From assembly GCA_002189035.1 (NCBI GenBank), contig NEEC01000004.1:5208001-5272000 (forward strand): a stretch of DNA of 64,000 nucleotides. Direction: 5' to 3'. Below are positions 1 through 10,768 of this stretch, piece by piece. The notes beneath the pieces were generated by a model, which saw only the letters and a list, made by a program, of their open reading frames with translations, was not told where the DNA came from and did not search any database. The stretch comes from Utricularia gibba. Taxonomy: Eukaryota > Plantae > Magnoliophyta. The translations under genes and the position numbers were made by a program. Numbering within the stretch: position 1 is the stretch's first letter; every line of letters starts with the position of its first letter.

Positions 1-2357
1 GCGGAAATCGCGCCCTTCTCCCAGAAGTCACGAGCCATGCCTAACACTTAGACTTCAACCGAGGTCCCTTTTAGGCGCGCGGATGCACGGTTGTATCTAG
101 GTTAGGGATGACCAAACATCACCGTCGTATATCATATTTCTGTATAGTTCTGAACATAGGTATATTAAAAATATAATACACGTATTTTAAATATTTTTTA
201 ATTTTTAAAACAATTAATAATGATTTAGATCACATTTTCTAAAATTATAGCACATGACTTATATTATATATCACGACCCACACTCTTCATATTCAATATT
301 TTTCAATTTAGGTATTCAATCATCATAATTTACTTTCTTAATTTTTAAGAAAAATACTTCATACAATATCAAATTTATCTTTTTATTTAAGTACGTATAT
401 TCTTCTATCTATAATATAGTACATTCTATCCAAATTTTTGTTCTTATATTCTTCTCTATTTAGACATTTAGTACCCTTTCTAAGTGACTCTTGTACTAGC
501 ATTGACAAGATACGGGTTTTATTCTAATAACAAATGTCACCATTTATATTTTACTTGTACAATATTGTTCGTTTTGATCAATAAAATCTCATAGTTTTAT
601 TTTCTATTTTTTCAAGAAAAATGCCTTATAAAAAATTATGAGAATCTATATATTTAACCACATATTATCTTACATACGTAAATAATATGGGATATCATTT
701 ACAGTTTTGAATTTATATATATAAAAGTATACTTATTTTAATGTCTTAATTAAAAATAAATAAATTTAAGATCTAGATCATAAAAATAGAAAACTTTGGT
801 TTACAAAATTATATACTATAAATTATTTCTTAAATTTTATAATTAATTTATTAACTATCAGATTTTAAAAATATAATATAATTAATATTAATCAACGCCT
901 ACTTGATTTGAAACTCGGATTCCGGATATTTTTGCAATATTATTTACTATTTTAAGGTTTGGGTTTGCAATAATTGTGAGTACCGCTTTTAGTTTTTATA
1001 ATCAAGGATGACGTTGACATGATGTGGGTCCCTTCACGTTGACGGAAAGAGAAGGAGTGGTTCACCCACTGCGTGGCGATCGGCTCCAAAGCCAGCTACT
1101 GAGCCGGAATTATTGTCCTCCTTTTAGTGCTAACTAGAATGTCTATTATTGGAATTATTTTCTTTATTTTATTATAAAGTAAACTAAAATGGCAACTTCT
1201 TTCTTTCCTCCTTATATATTATTTATTTATTTTCTCTAAAATTTCCATCAATGAAATTAAATAAAGTGTTTTTTCTTCAAATAAAACAACTAGTACTTTA
1301 GGTCTATCAAAATTATAATTTTGATGAAAAATTTGTTAAAATAAACCAAGCATGTGATGATGCACGCTAAAACCTTATAAATTGCAATTTCTTGGTCACA
1401 TTAATTGGTCATATGTGAGAGTTAATGAGTGGTTTGATGAGATTTTGACCTTTTTCATCATTCAATTTTAGGCTGTATTTTGTTAATGAAAATGGGAAAA
1501 AAATTTAGTCAGGTTTAAATTAATGTGACATATATATGGATTTGTTTTTTAAGGTTACAAGTGAGATTAAATAAAATAAGGTAAGGGGAGTGTGGTTTTA
1601 AATGAATATATTTATGTTGAATTAAAAAAAACTATGTGATCATGAATTTATTTAAATCTATGAAAGAAATATCTTATAATTTATAGTTTTATTTTTAAAT
1701 TTAATTAATACTATCAATCAAACGCTATCTTATTTGAAGAAGCCTTTTATTATGGACCTGGAATTTGTATTGGGCTGCCACCTCAAAAGGCCTGTAAATA
1801 CCTTCGGGTGTTATGATAAAGCATCGTGGGCCCGGAATCATTTAATTTTTTATAATAATAAAATATTAAACGTGGGCTTTTTCAATTCATTGAAGGGACA
1901 TGATTAAAATATTTAAAAAAGGAGAATTGCACAATAATTGAATAATTAGTTGGAATTTAATAAACGGAAGCGCACATTCCTAGGAAGTGGTTATTGGTTT
2001 TGTGTGCATTCTTGTATTTAAAAATATATTGCTTTTTTAAGCAGTGGCCACAGACCACAGCCGCAGCCAGACAGACATTGCAGTCACACCGCACGTGTCC
2101 ATGGTCACAATTCTGCTAAAGACACGTGCGTTTCTAAAAATGGCCGTCTTAGTTGGAATTGTTTCGAAAATGGGTTTCAAAAAAAACGATCATGCTAATT
2201 ATGACATGTGCTCCAAAAAATTAAATTTTGGAACATTCTTGTATGAAACCTTTGGAGTAGTTTTAAATTGTGATAAACAAAAACACTTATTGAAGATATT
2301 TTTTTTTGAACACATATTTCATTATCTCATTGACAATCTAGATCTTAAAAACTTTTA

Positions 2358-2576
2358 GATGTGTTTGGTAGAAAGAATAAAAAGATAGAGTTAAATAAAA
2401 AAAATAGTATATTTGATAGGTGCTATAAATTAAATTATACTTAGTATAATTTATATCATGAATATGTAATAAAATAATAAAAAAAAGAATTAACATAAAA
2501 TTATACTGTCATATACCATCTTTTTATATACCACATCTTATCTCTGGTATAATTTATCCATGTACCAAACACACTC
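2358..2576. mobile_element. Tourist/PIF-Harbinger-like MITE (~219 bp)
   Basis: Terminal inverted repeats gatgtgtttggta (2358-2370) and taccaaacacactc (2563-2576); TTA on both flanks (2355-2357, 2577-2579); AT-rich non-coding interior. Confidence 0.65.
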
Positions 2577-2598
2577 TTAATATTACCAAATCTTAAAA

Positions 2599-2965
2599 GC
2601 TGTGTTTGGTACGTGGATTTTGATTTAACCCGGATTTAGTTTTATTTTAATTTAAATAAATACTTTTTATTGATTTAAAAGATTATTATTACTTGATTGA
2701 TGGATATAATTTATTTGAATTGTAAACGATTACACTTTTGATACCATAGATAAATATTGGGTATTTAATTATTTTAGTAACAATAGCCAGGTTTAGCTGA
2801 TGTAAACAATTTACATCAGCTAAACTTACTTAGAATATGTAAACCAATGAATACGGGTTTTAGCCGGGTTTAGGAACAATGGACAGGTTTATATTTACCA
2901 ATTTGTAATCTACATTCCAAATTTAGGTTTGAAAATCTACCCTAACCGACGTATCAAATGCGACC
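2599..2965. mobile_element. Second Tourist-like MITE, degenerate
   Basis: Imperfect TIRs gctgtgtttggtacgt (from 2599) and acgtatcaaatgcgacc (to 2965); no clean TSD seen. Confidence 0.4.
2791..2825. repeat. Perfect 16-bp inverted repeat with 3-nt loop
   Basis: gtttagctgatgtaaa-caa-tttacatcagctaaac; the arms are exact reverse complements. Confidence 0.95.
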
Positions 2966-3427
2966 AAAATGTTTTAGATCCGTTTCTAAAAATAGCGGGT
3001 ACTCGGACTGCCCAGATTTTACAGCCGGGTTGAGTTTGGATCCGTTTGGACAAGTCAAACTCCATTACAGACCCAATTTTGTTGGCACGAGCCCTCGTCG
3101 AGGAGCCTCTTCGTTTTTAATGCGGGGGTAACTATGGGATCGAAAACGTTGGTTTTATGTCTGAGAATGTTGTCCGAGTCACTCGAGCTTCGGCTAAAAC
3201 GTCATCGTTACGTGCCCGGTTCTGAAACCTGTAAGAGTACGTGGAATTGAAAAGTATGGGCCACAGAATAGTGAAGTTCCGTGCTTGACTGAGTTTCCCT
3301 TTTGGCTTCGCAGACATAACTTGGACCCGGGATCTTGGCCTTCTCTCCGCATGTTCCTAATGCTGCGACATCTGTGGATGCCCGTGGAAAGGGCAGCCCA
3401 AAAATGGGTTCAAATGGGAGATTCCAA

Positions 3428-3712
3428 AAGTGTTGAAATTAAGTGTCTAATTACATTGAACGAGTAAACGTGTAGTTTGACAGATCAGATTAGAAATAGT
3501 TAGAAATAATTAATTACAAATGATTTATACTTTTTTTATATATTTAATTATTTCATTTCACTAGATATCAGAAGTGTTAAAATTAAGGATCCAATTGGAT
3601 TGAACGAGTACAACTGTAGTTTGATAGATCAGATTAGAAAAAAATAAGAATAAGTAATTACTAATAATCTGTAATTTTATATATATTTAATTATTTTCTA
3701 TCATTATTTCAC
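3428..3712 (+). repeat. Diverged ~140-bp direct duplication
   Basis: aagtgtt.aaattaag...ttgaacgagta...tgtagtttga.agatcagattagaaa...tatatttaattattt...atttcact occurs at ~3428-3561 and ~3572-3712. Confidence 0.8.
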
Positions 3713-4108
3713 TTATAAGTTTTGATATGAAATTATTTGTTCTAATAAAAAGAGACGATTTTATGTTCTATAAAGTATTTAAATTATTTATTTTTATATG
3801 AACATAAGATTGTTATATAAGTTTAAAAAGTGTGTGTTTAAAAGATATTATATTTGTTAGATACGTTAGAAAATGGAAATCAAATATTGGTTCATTAAGA
3901 AAACTCGAAAAGAGTTTTGAAATATATAATCTTCAAATACACCAAATCTTTGTGTGTTATTGCAAAAATAGTTTTATTATGAAATATCCTCAATTTCTAT
4001 GTTATTTTTCAACAAAGAATTTTAAATGAGTAGTTTTCAAAAAGACATTCCAAAGGAATGTATTATTTAATACACAAGTCATTATCAAGTCTATAAAAAG
4101 AGGGAAAA

Positions 4109-4422
4109 AGTCAACAAAGGGAAAAAAAATCAGACAGAGGGACCTAAGTTCAAGCATGAACGAGAGGGTAGGGTGCATTTTGAGTTGGATTACTGTGCAC
4201 TCATCCACGTCCCTCGCCAGTTGGATGGAGATTGATCTGAAAAAGAAGCCAGACAGTGAAATTGACGATTTGGCGTCGTGTTTTTAGAGGGAGGAGCGCC
4301 GAGGAACGATTCAACGTGTTTGAAATATATACTGTGCAGTCTGCATGCAGCAAACTTGACCTGGAAACTTTCCATGCAGCTTCTGAAACCCTGAAATTTC
4401 CACAACTTCTCAGGCTATAAAT
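4109..4422 (+). promoter_or_regulatory. Proximal promoter of the PIP-like gene: W-boxes and TATA box
   Basis: AGTCAA (W-box, reverse) 4109-4114, TTGACC 4356-4361, TATAAAT 4416-4422, ~100 bp upstream of ATG 4518. Confidence 0.55.
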
Positions 4423-4517
4423 TGCAGCCAAACGATGTTACTCTCCATCTCATTCAAGGATCCCATTCAGTAAATTCGATTCTGACTCCTGTGTTCTGTC
4501 CCTTCAAACTAGTGAAG

Positions 4518-5264
4518 ATGCTGCTGCGTCTATTTGTTTGCGTATCTGTGCTGTTTTCGATGTGTTCCTCGAGCGTTTATTGTGCACGTCCCAATCCAGG
4601 GAATAACAGGGAACCTCTTTACGAGATCCGTGAAATGACTAATGAGGCTACAGGGCGTGGTGGAGAGATGAAGTTAAGGAAGTTGGGACCAAGTTTTTAC
4701 AGTTTTTTCGGAGGGATCAAGGTCTCCGGTCCGAGCCCTCCTAATGGGAACGAGAACAAGAATGGTGATATTTTGGGCGAACGAAAGGTCTCTGGCTCGA
4801 GCCCTCCTGGTGGAAATGCATACAAAGATGCTGACGTGGATGGGAATGCAAACAAAGACGCCGGGATTTGGGGAGAAAGGAAGGACTCCGGCCCGAGCCC
4901 TCCCAATGGAAACGGATACGAAGATGCTGATGCACTTCTGGGTGGGAGGAAGGACTCCGAGGGGCCAAGCCCTCCGGATGGAAACCAGGACAAAGAAGCC
5001 GGGATTTTGAGCGAACGGAAGGACACCGAGGGACCTAGCCCTCCCGATGGAAACCAGGACAAAGACGCCGGGATTTTGGGCGAACGGAAGGACACCGAGG
5101 GACCTAGCCCTCCCGATGGAAACCAGGACAAAGACGCCGGGATTTTGGGCGAACGGAAGGACACCGAGGGAACTAGCCCTCCCGATGGAAACCAGGACAA
5201 AGACGCCGGGATTTCGGGAGAAAGGAAGGACTCCGGCCCGAGCCCCGGTGACGGCCGTCACTAA
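4518..5264 (+). CDS. Secreted multi-repeat PIP/PIPL-like (SGP-rich) peptide precursor, 248 aa, intronless
   Basis: Signal-peptide-like N-terminus (MLLRLFVCVSVLFSMCSSSVYCA-RP), then 8 [S/E]G[P/S/T]SPP-type units; first unit GGIKVSGPSP and last unit RKDSGPSPGDGRH-stop resemble the PIP SGPS..G.H motif; upstream TATA box. Confidence 0.8.
   Translation: MLLRLFVCVSVLFSMCSSSVYCARPNPGNNREPLYEIREMTNEATGRGGEMKLRKLGPSFYSFFGGIKVSGPSPPNGNENKNGDILGERKVSGSSPPGGNAYKDADVDGNANKDAGIWGERKDSGPSPPNGNGYEDADALLGGRKDSEGPSPPDGNQDKEAGILSERKDTEGPSPPDGNQDKDAGILGERKDTEGPSPPDGNQDKDAGILGERKDTEGTSPPDGNQDKDAGISGERKDSGPSPGDGRH
4945..5240 (+). repeat. 69-bp (23-codon) coding tandem repeat
   Basis: gaaaccaggacaaag recurs at 4981, 5050, 5119 and 5188; full units 4981-5049, 5050-5118 and 5119-5187 differ by only 1-2 nt between neighbours. 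Confidence 0.97.
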
Positions 5265-5567
5265 TCGACGGGATAGTCGCGCTGATGTTCATTGCTCCAG
5301 CGCCTTCGTGATTCATTTGTTTATTTGATTCTATGTTTAAATAAAGTGATATTTATTTCTCTTCATTTATTTTTTTATTTGATTTAAATTTTGAATAAAT
5401 GACACGTGGCACGGACGCCATCAGGACGAAGGTGAAGACAAAACGTATCACACGCACTCGCAGACAGAGTTGCCTGAGAGAGGAGAATTAGCGGTGTCGG
5501 TGGATTTTGTAGGGTAGTAGTCTCTTGTGACGAAGGGAGTTCCATGTCTCCGGTGACGGAGTTTCTC

Positions 5568-6383
5568 ATGGAAGGTGGCGGCGCCGCGGGGGCGGTGTCT
5601 GGCCACGGGTGGCGAAGCGAGAAGAAGCCGTACAAGCCGAAATCAGGGAGCCCAATAAGCGGTCACGAATTCGGCTGGGGTCGTCCTCCACATCTGAGGC
5701 GGCGGCGCACGCCTACGACACCGCAGTCTACTTCCTGCGAGGGCCGACGGCGAAGCTCACAATATCCCCGGCGAAGTCTCCACCGGGGGTTTGAGGGATC
5801 TCTCTCTCTACTGTGGCTACATGGGAGAAGGCGGCGGAGGTGGGAGCCATGTTGAAAGTGATTGAAGCTATCTACGTGCTCTTTACTCATTCATCTTGCT
5901 CAATCACATCAGCTACAAATAAGGAGACTTGTTCCAGTTATTCCATCATTGTAGTACATCAGACTTGTTCCACTCTTCCATCATTCTATTTGATCTATTC
6001 CAATCTGTTGGTCAAATACCGATTCACTAGATCTCCATTTTTCACGTTGAGTTAGTTGGTACAGTAGTATAAATAGGTTACTTGTATTGTTTGCAATTCT
6101 CATTCACTTTTTTCTTGTTAAAGCTTTTGCAATCAATGCCTCTCCTCTTCTTTTGTCGGTTCCCTTGTTGTCCTTTTGTTGAGAGCAGCCATCATCTCCT
6201 TCGTTACTGTTTGTTGAGAGCAGCCACCATCAGTGTCATTGCACTGAAACCATCGTCTGTTTTTCGGTATAACAAGCCAGAGTCGATGCTCTTCACTCAA
6301 AAGTCGCGAAACCGGCGGCGCGCTCGCATAACGACAAAATTGATCTGAACAAGAAGCCCGACCCTGAAATCGAACTCACCTGA
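5568..6383 (+). pseudogene. DREB A-5 (DEAR/RAP2.1/RAP2.10-like) AP2/ERF repressor pseudogene
   Basis: EKKPYK followed out of frame by [12 protein letters not shown](R)[19 protein letters not shown]; KAAEVGA|RVDAL split by a solo LTR; C-terminal EAR-like IDLNKKPDPE then TGA 6381-6383. The GIRMRKWGKWV segment is missing and the conserved W is R. Confidence 0.9.
5850..6274. mobile_element. Solo LTR (425 bp), possibly Copia-type
   Basis: Begins TGTTG, ends AACA, 5-bp TSD AGCCA at 5845-5849 and 6275-6279, internal TATAAATA near 6068; removing it restores GGA GCC AGA GTC GAT GCT (GARVDA). Confidence 0.92.
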
Positions 6384-7581
6384 ACCGACGCCTGCATTTG
6401 GAATAACGACCGAATCTTTCCGGCGAGGTTCGTTTGTATATTTTTTCTTGGCTCCACTGTTTGCAGCGTTGAAAGACACCATTTCATCTCAGGCATATGG
6501 GGAGCCTCTGCGATGACGCCGAGCCGGTTCTGTGTACGGATTGATAACGGGCCTGGCACGTGAATCCGGCCCAAATATTGGGCTTGGACCCGGATTTAGA
6601 CGCCCATGATAGTGGACAACGAGGATAAAATTTCCCCACGTGAGCGTCACGTGCGCGCAAAGACAAATAACCTCCCTTAAATTAACAGCGTTATCCCGCA
6701 TTCATGAGTTGTACGCCAGAGTACTGGTCCCGTTGCGTGGCCCGGAGCCAGTTTCGCGCTACGGTGGGACGCGCACCCCGGCGGCCTGGTTAAGCGCCGG
6801 CGGTGAGGAGCGGTTCGGCTAGCGTGGTTGTTCTTAAGTAAATGACGTTTTTAACCCCTGATCCCGGTGGGAATCCGGCAGTAAAACTAGAGCAAATAAC
6901 GCTTACATGGCTCTCCGGTTTTTAAAGCAACCAGGGGGATAGAAACGTCTCAAAGGTAAAAAAAAGTGTTTACCGTTGGTTCCAGGTGCGCCGATCAAGA
7001 GAACCGTGGTCACCGTCGGGTACTCTTGGTTTCCACATTTTTGGAAACGGGGTACTCACAGCGGGGTCAGTAGAGGCAGTTCACGTCGGAGAGTTGCTCA
7101 ATGACTATCAATGGAAGGCGCGCCACCGCGAATACGGACCTGTGAGGCCCATGTGAACCCTCATCTTCGTGGAAGAGTCACAGGGCTTACGAGTTACAGG
7201 CTTGGGGAGTCTGTGTGTGGACAATGGAGTCAGGGAGGAGAGCATGGAATTATAAAATGGAAATAGTTGTTTGGAGCGCATTGGTGACTTGATGGGGCAT
7301 GTGGTGTGTGTGATGCATGAACAGAACCCTTTTCTCTCCGAGGAGAAAAAGCCAACTTGTCTCTGTTGATCAACAGTGGTTTTCACAGTGGAACGTCTTC
7401 TGCTTTGGGCCAGACATTTGTGGACTCTTTAGAGATCTGGTGAAGGTGTTAGTTTATTGGGGTGTTTTCTAGGTTTCAAGTGTGGAAGGGAGACCGGGTT
7501 CTTACTTCTTAGTGTGAACAAGGAAATGGAAGGGATTAGCTGACTCGAGATTCGGTTTCTCTGGTTCTCCTGGTGTTGAGA

Positions 7582-9090
7582 ATGTGGGATCTTAGCGGTT
7601 TGCCGGATCGAGGAAGGGGTGAAGATTACGACGAGAAGGGAAAGTGGGTTGGATCCGTTTCGAATTCCGGTTCATCGGCGGTTGTTGCAACGGAAGACGA
7701 GTACGGAGAAGCCACCGACGGTGGCAAGCGGAGTAGAACAACTGGGGTTGCCTCCTCGCCAGTGACGCGACAGTTTTTTCCGTTGTCGGACACGGAAACA
7801 CTTGTAGGTTGTGGCGGTGGGGTGAAACCACCGGATTTTCAGAGGGCTCATTGGGTGGGCGTTCAATTCGTCCAACCTGAACTCCCCGGCGGCGGTGGCC
7901 TGAGTCCCATGCCGGAAACGCAACAACCCCTCAAGAAAAGCCGCCGCGGGCCACGTTCCAGGAGCTCCCAATATCGCGGCGTCACGTTTTACCGGCGAAC
8001 CGGCCGCTGGGAATCCCACATATGGTAATAGCCAATCGTTCAAATCAAATAAACAACCAACCGAACCACATTTCTTTAACATCGACTTGTAATCGCTCGC
8101 AGGGATTGTGGAAAACAAGTTTATTTAGGTACCCTGTCCAGATTTCGCCATCTTCCCTGTTCTTCAGTGTTCTTAATGACAATGCGATTCTTCATTTACA
8201 GGCGGATTCGACACAGCCACGCTGCTGCGAGGTCTGTAAGACGAGTTCACAGCTTCTTAAGACAAATGAATGGGACTCTTACATTCTGATCACCTGTTAA
8301 TCACAGAGCTTATGACAGAGCAGCGATCAAGTTCAGGGGAATGGAAGCAGATACAAACTTCAGTTTACAGGATTACGAAGATGACTTTAAACAGGTATAC
8401 TAACTTTTCTTCCGTAATCAAGTGAAGGATCTTTCTTCTGACAGAGGGGTCATCTTAATTTCCAGATGAGGAATCTTACAAAGGAGGAATTCTTGCATGT
8501 TCTGAGGAGACAAAGCACAGGTTACCCAAAAGGAAGTTCTCTGTACAGAGGAGTGAATTTACACAAATGTGGGAGATGGGAAGCCAGAATGGGGCAGTTC
8601 TTTGGGAAAAAGTGATCTTTTCCCCCCGGTTTCTGATTTGTAAAACACTGATCTTTTAACTGGTTTTTGTTGCATTTTTCCAGATACGTCTACCTGGGCT
8701 TGTTCGATACCGAAATCGAAGCTGCACGGTGAGTTTGCTTGGTGAGTTCATGAAACTGCTCCTCAAGAATCGCTATTGATCGATCGTTTCTGGTTCAGGG
8801 CTTACGATAGAGCTGCAATCAGATGCAATGGCAAGGAAGCCGTCACAAACTTCGATCCCAGCACCTATGAAGATGAACTCAGCGCAGCAGGAGGATCAGG
8901 TGCAGCACAGTAACACCAGCTCCTGTTTCCCGATCTTCGTCTCCGGCCCCATCTCATAATCCCCGACGAGCTCCAAACTTTTGCAGGGACGCAGGCCGCA
9001 AGGGATTCTCCAGCACAGCACAATCTAGATCTCACCTTAGGGAGCTCCAGCAATGAAACAGGGGGTTTGCAGCTGCTGATCAGTAGGTGA
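7582..9090 (+). CDS. euAP2-lineage transcription factor with two AP2 domains (AP2/TOE3-like)
   Basis: [42 protein letters not shown]; exons 7582-8024, 8103-8128 (26 nt), 8202-8231 (30 nt; 31 expected), then 88, 146 and 45 nt exons, 8799-8899, 8987-9090 with HNLDLTLG. One C missing at 8217-8218 (probable assembly error); 3' end inferred. Confidence 0.9.
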
Positions 9091-9134
9091 TGAAGCGCGA
9101 AACCGCATAAGAGTTCTGCAAGAAGAAGCTCCTG

Positions 9135-9155
9135 CTGCAGCATCATCATGATTCC
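9135..9155 (+). promoter_or_regulatory. miR172 complementary site (variant)
   Basis: CTGCAGCATCATCATGATTCC versus the usual AP2 site CTGCAGCATCATCAGGATTCY. Confidence 0.9.
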
Positions 9156-10768
9156 ACCAAGCCCACCACAGAACTGGAATCTCATCGCAACTATTCGTCT
9201 CTTCCATCCTTCACATCATGTCTTGTGCTCAAACAAGCAGTCCTATCTCTACTAATAATAACATCTGTAAAATATTTATATACAAAAATAATTCAATGTT
9301 ATGGTTGAAAAAATTCCAGATTTACATATAAAATAAGAAAATTGAAAGCACTTGTGTCACAAAGATTGCATTTTTCTTCTTTTTTATATTCGTTCAGGAG
9401 GAGGTATTGTGAGCATCAATTGGAAAAATGAACATCAAGATATAAAATTTATATTTATAGTTTCAAAATGATGGCCATGGATGTGGTCATCCCAATTGCC
9501 ATGTCATGTCCCTCTCACATCATGCTACAGTTGATTAATAGGATATCATTGCCACATCATTTGAGAGATGAAAGTGTTGATTGAGATATTTTTTATATTT
9601 AAAATTGATAATTATTTTCCCTAATGCCAAAATATTACCATAGTTTCAAAATTTTCTATAATTTTACCTCGTTTTTAATTAAATAAAAATCTTGGATAAA
9701 AAGCATGTACCATACACTATCAATTTTCCGTGTTTCGGTTTCAGTTTCGGATAGATATCATATACCTGATTTCTCTATATTAAATGCATTCGATTCATCA
9801 AAGTACATTTTGTGTATGTTATTGGGCCATGACTCGGCCCATTTAACCCAAGAAGGGGAGGTGGGCTATTTGAACAAGAATTGTCATGGGGCCGGCTAAG
9901 CGGAGAATCCACAAGGCCTGGGCCACTTAAGTCGTGATCGAATTGTGGGCCAGCCTTTGCAAGAGTGTCTTTTGGGGGCCCACTGGTGACAAGGTTTAGG
10001 TTCCCATCTTGATCACGTATTTACTTCTTTAGCTTTCTAATTTTGCCATCAGAAAGTGGATTGACACACCACAAACACATTGCTAATTAATTCCCATTTT
10101 CAATCGCATTTATTAATTTCACGTCGTGGATTCCCCCCTTTAATTATTTTCATCCCCTGTCCGAAATAAATGAATTCCAAAAATAGAAAAAAATGGATTT
10201 TTTTAATTTTTTATTGTGGAAGAGTAATTCAAAAATTGGGATTTTTTTTTTTTGTGAAATAATAATCTAGTGAGGCTTGAAGGTGCCTTCGAATACATGC
10301 CGTGTATGTCACGCGCCTCGCTTTCACGTGTTGTAGTAGCGAAGGAATGACGTGAAATGGGCGGAGGTTGACACGGGCTAACGACACCCGCTAATGGACA
10401 CCGAAAAGTGAATCCGGACTCGGGTCTCGTTTAAAAAAACCCGACCCGATTAGAAGTGAGATTCCGTTCCACTGTAGTGGTCGTTGTCTATATATACGAT
10501 GGTGTGTGTATTTAATAGCAAGCATTGAGCGAGTCATCGCCATGGTTGAAGAAGGGAAGTGCTGGATTCTGCATTTCGCTGTCGCCGCACAGGTTTCGTT
10601 CGAGTTTGTAAATGCATCGTCGTTTAATGATCTCTGCATTATTCGTCGAGAATGTTTTTTTCTTTTTTGGTTCTGATTGATTTCGTTGTAGGTTTTGGTT
10701 ACGTTCATTGCGAGTTTTGGGTTGTAAGTGGTGTAATTTTGGCAGGACTTACTGGAAAACTAGGAAAC

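Noticed and set aside
70-100. Possible Helitron 3' end (gcgcggatgcacgg...CTAG)
   Set aside because: The hairpin is imperfect, CTAG is followed by G rather than T, and the 5' end is outside the window.
2044-4431. Short ORFs of 60-104 aa in the AT-rich upstream region
   Set aside because: Non-ATG starts or low-complexity composition, overlap with MITEs, no family motif.
4674-5261. Long antisense and alternative-frame ORFs over the 69-bp repeat; CRISPR-like appearance
   Set aside because: By-products of a GC-rich coding repeat; units are contiguous without unique spacers, and the context is a plant nuclear gene.
4716-5261. Repeat protein as an AEP-cyclised peptide (cyclotide/PawS-like) precursor
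   Set aside because: The unit-terminal Asn is followed by QD/EN/AY/GY rather than a consistent small-plus-hydrophobic AEP tail, there are no Cys in the cores, and the terminal unit matches PIP better.
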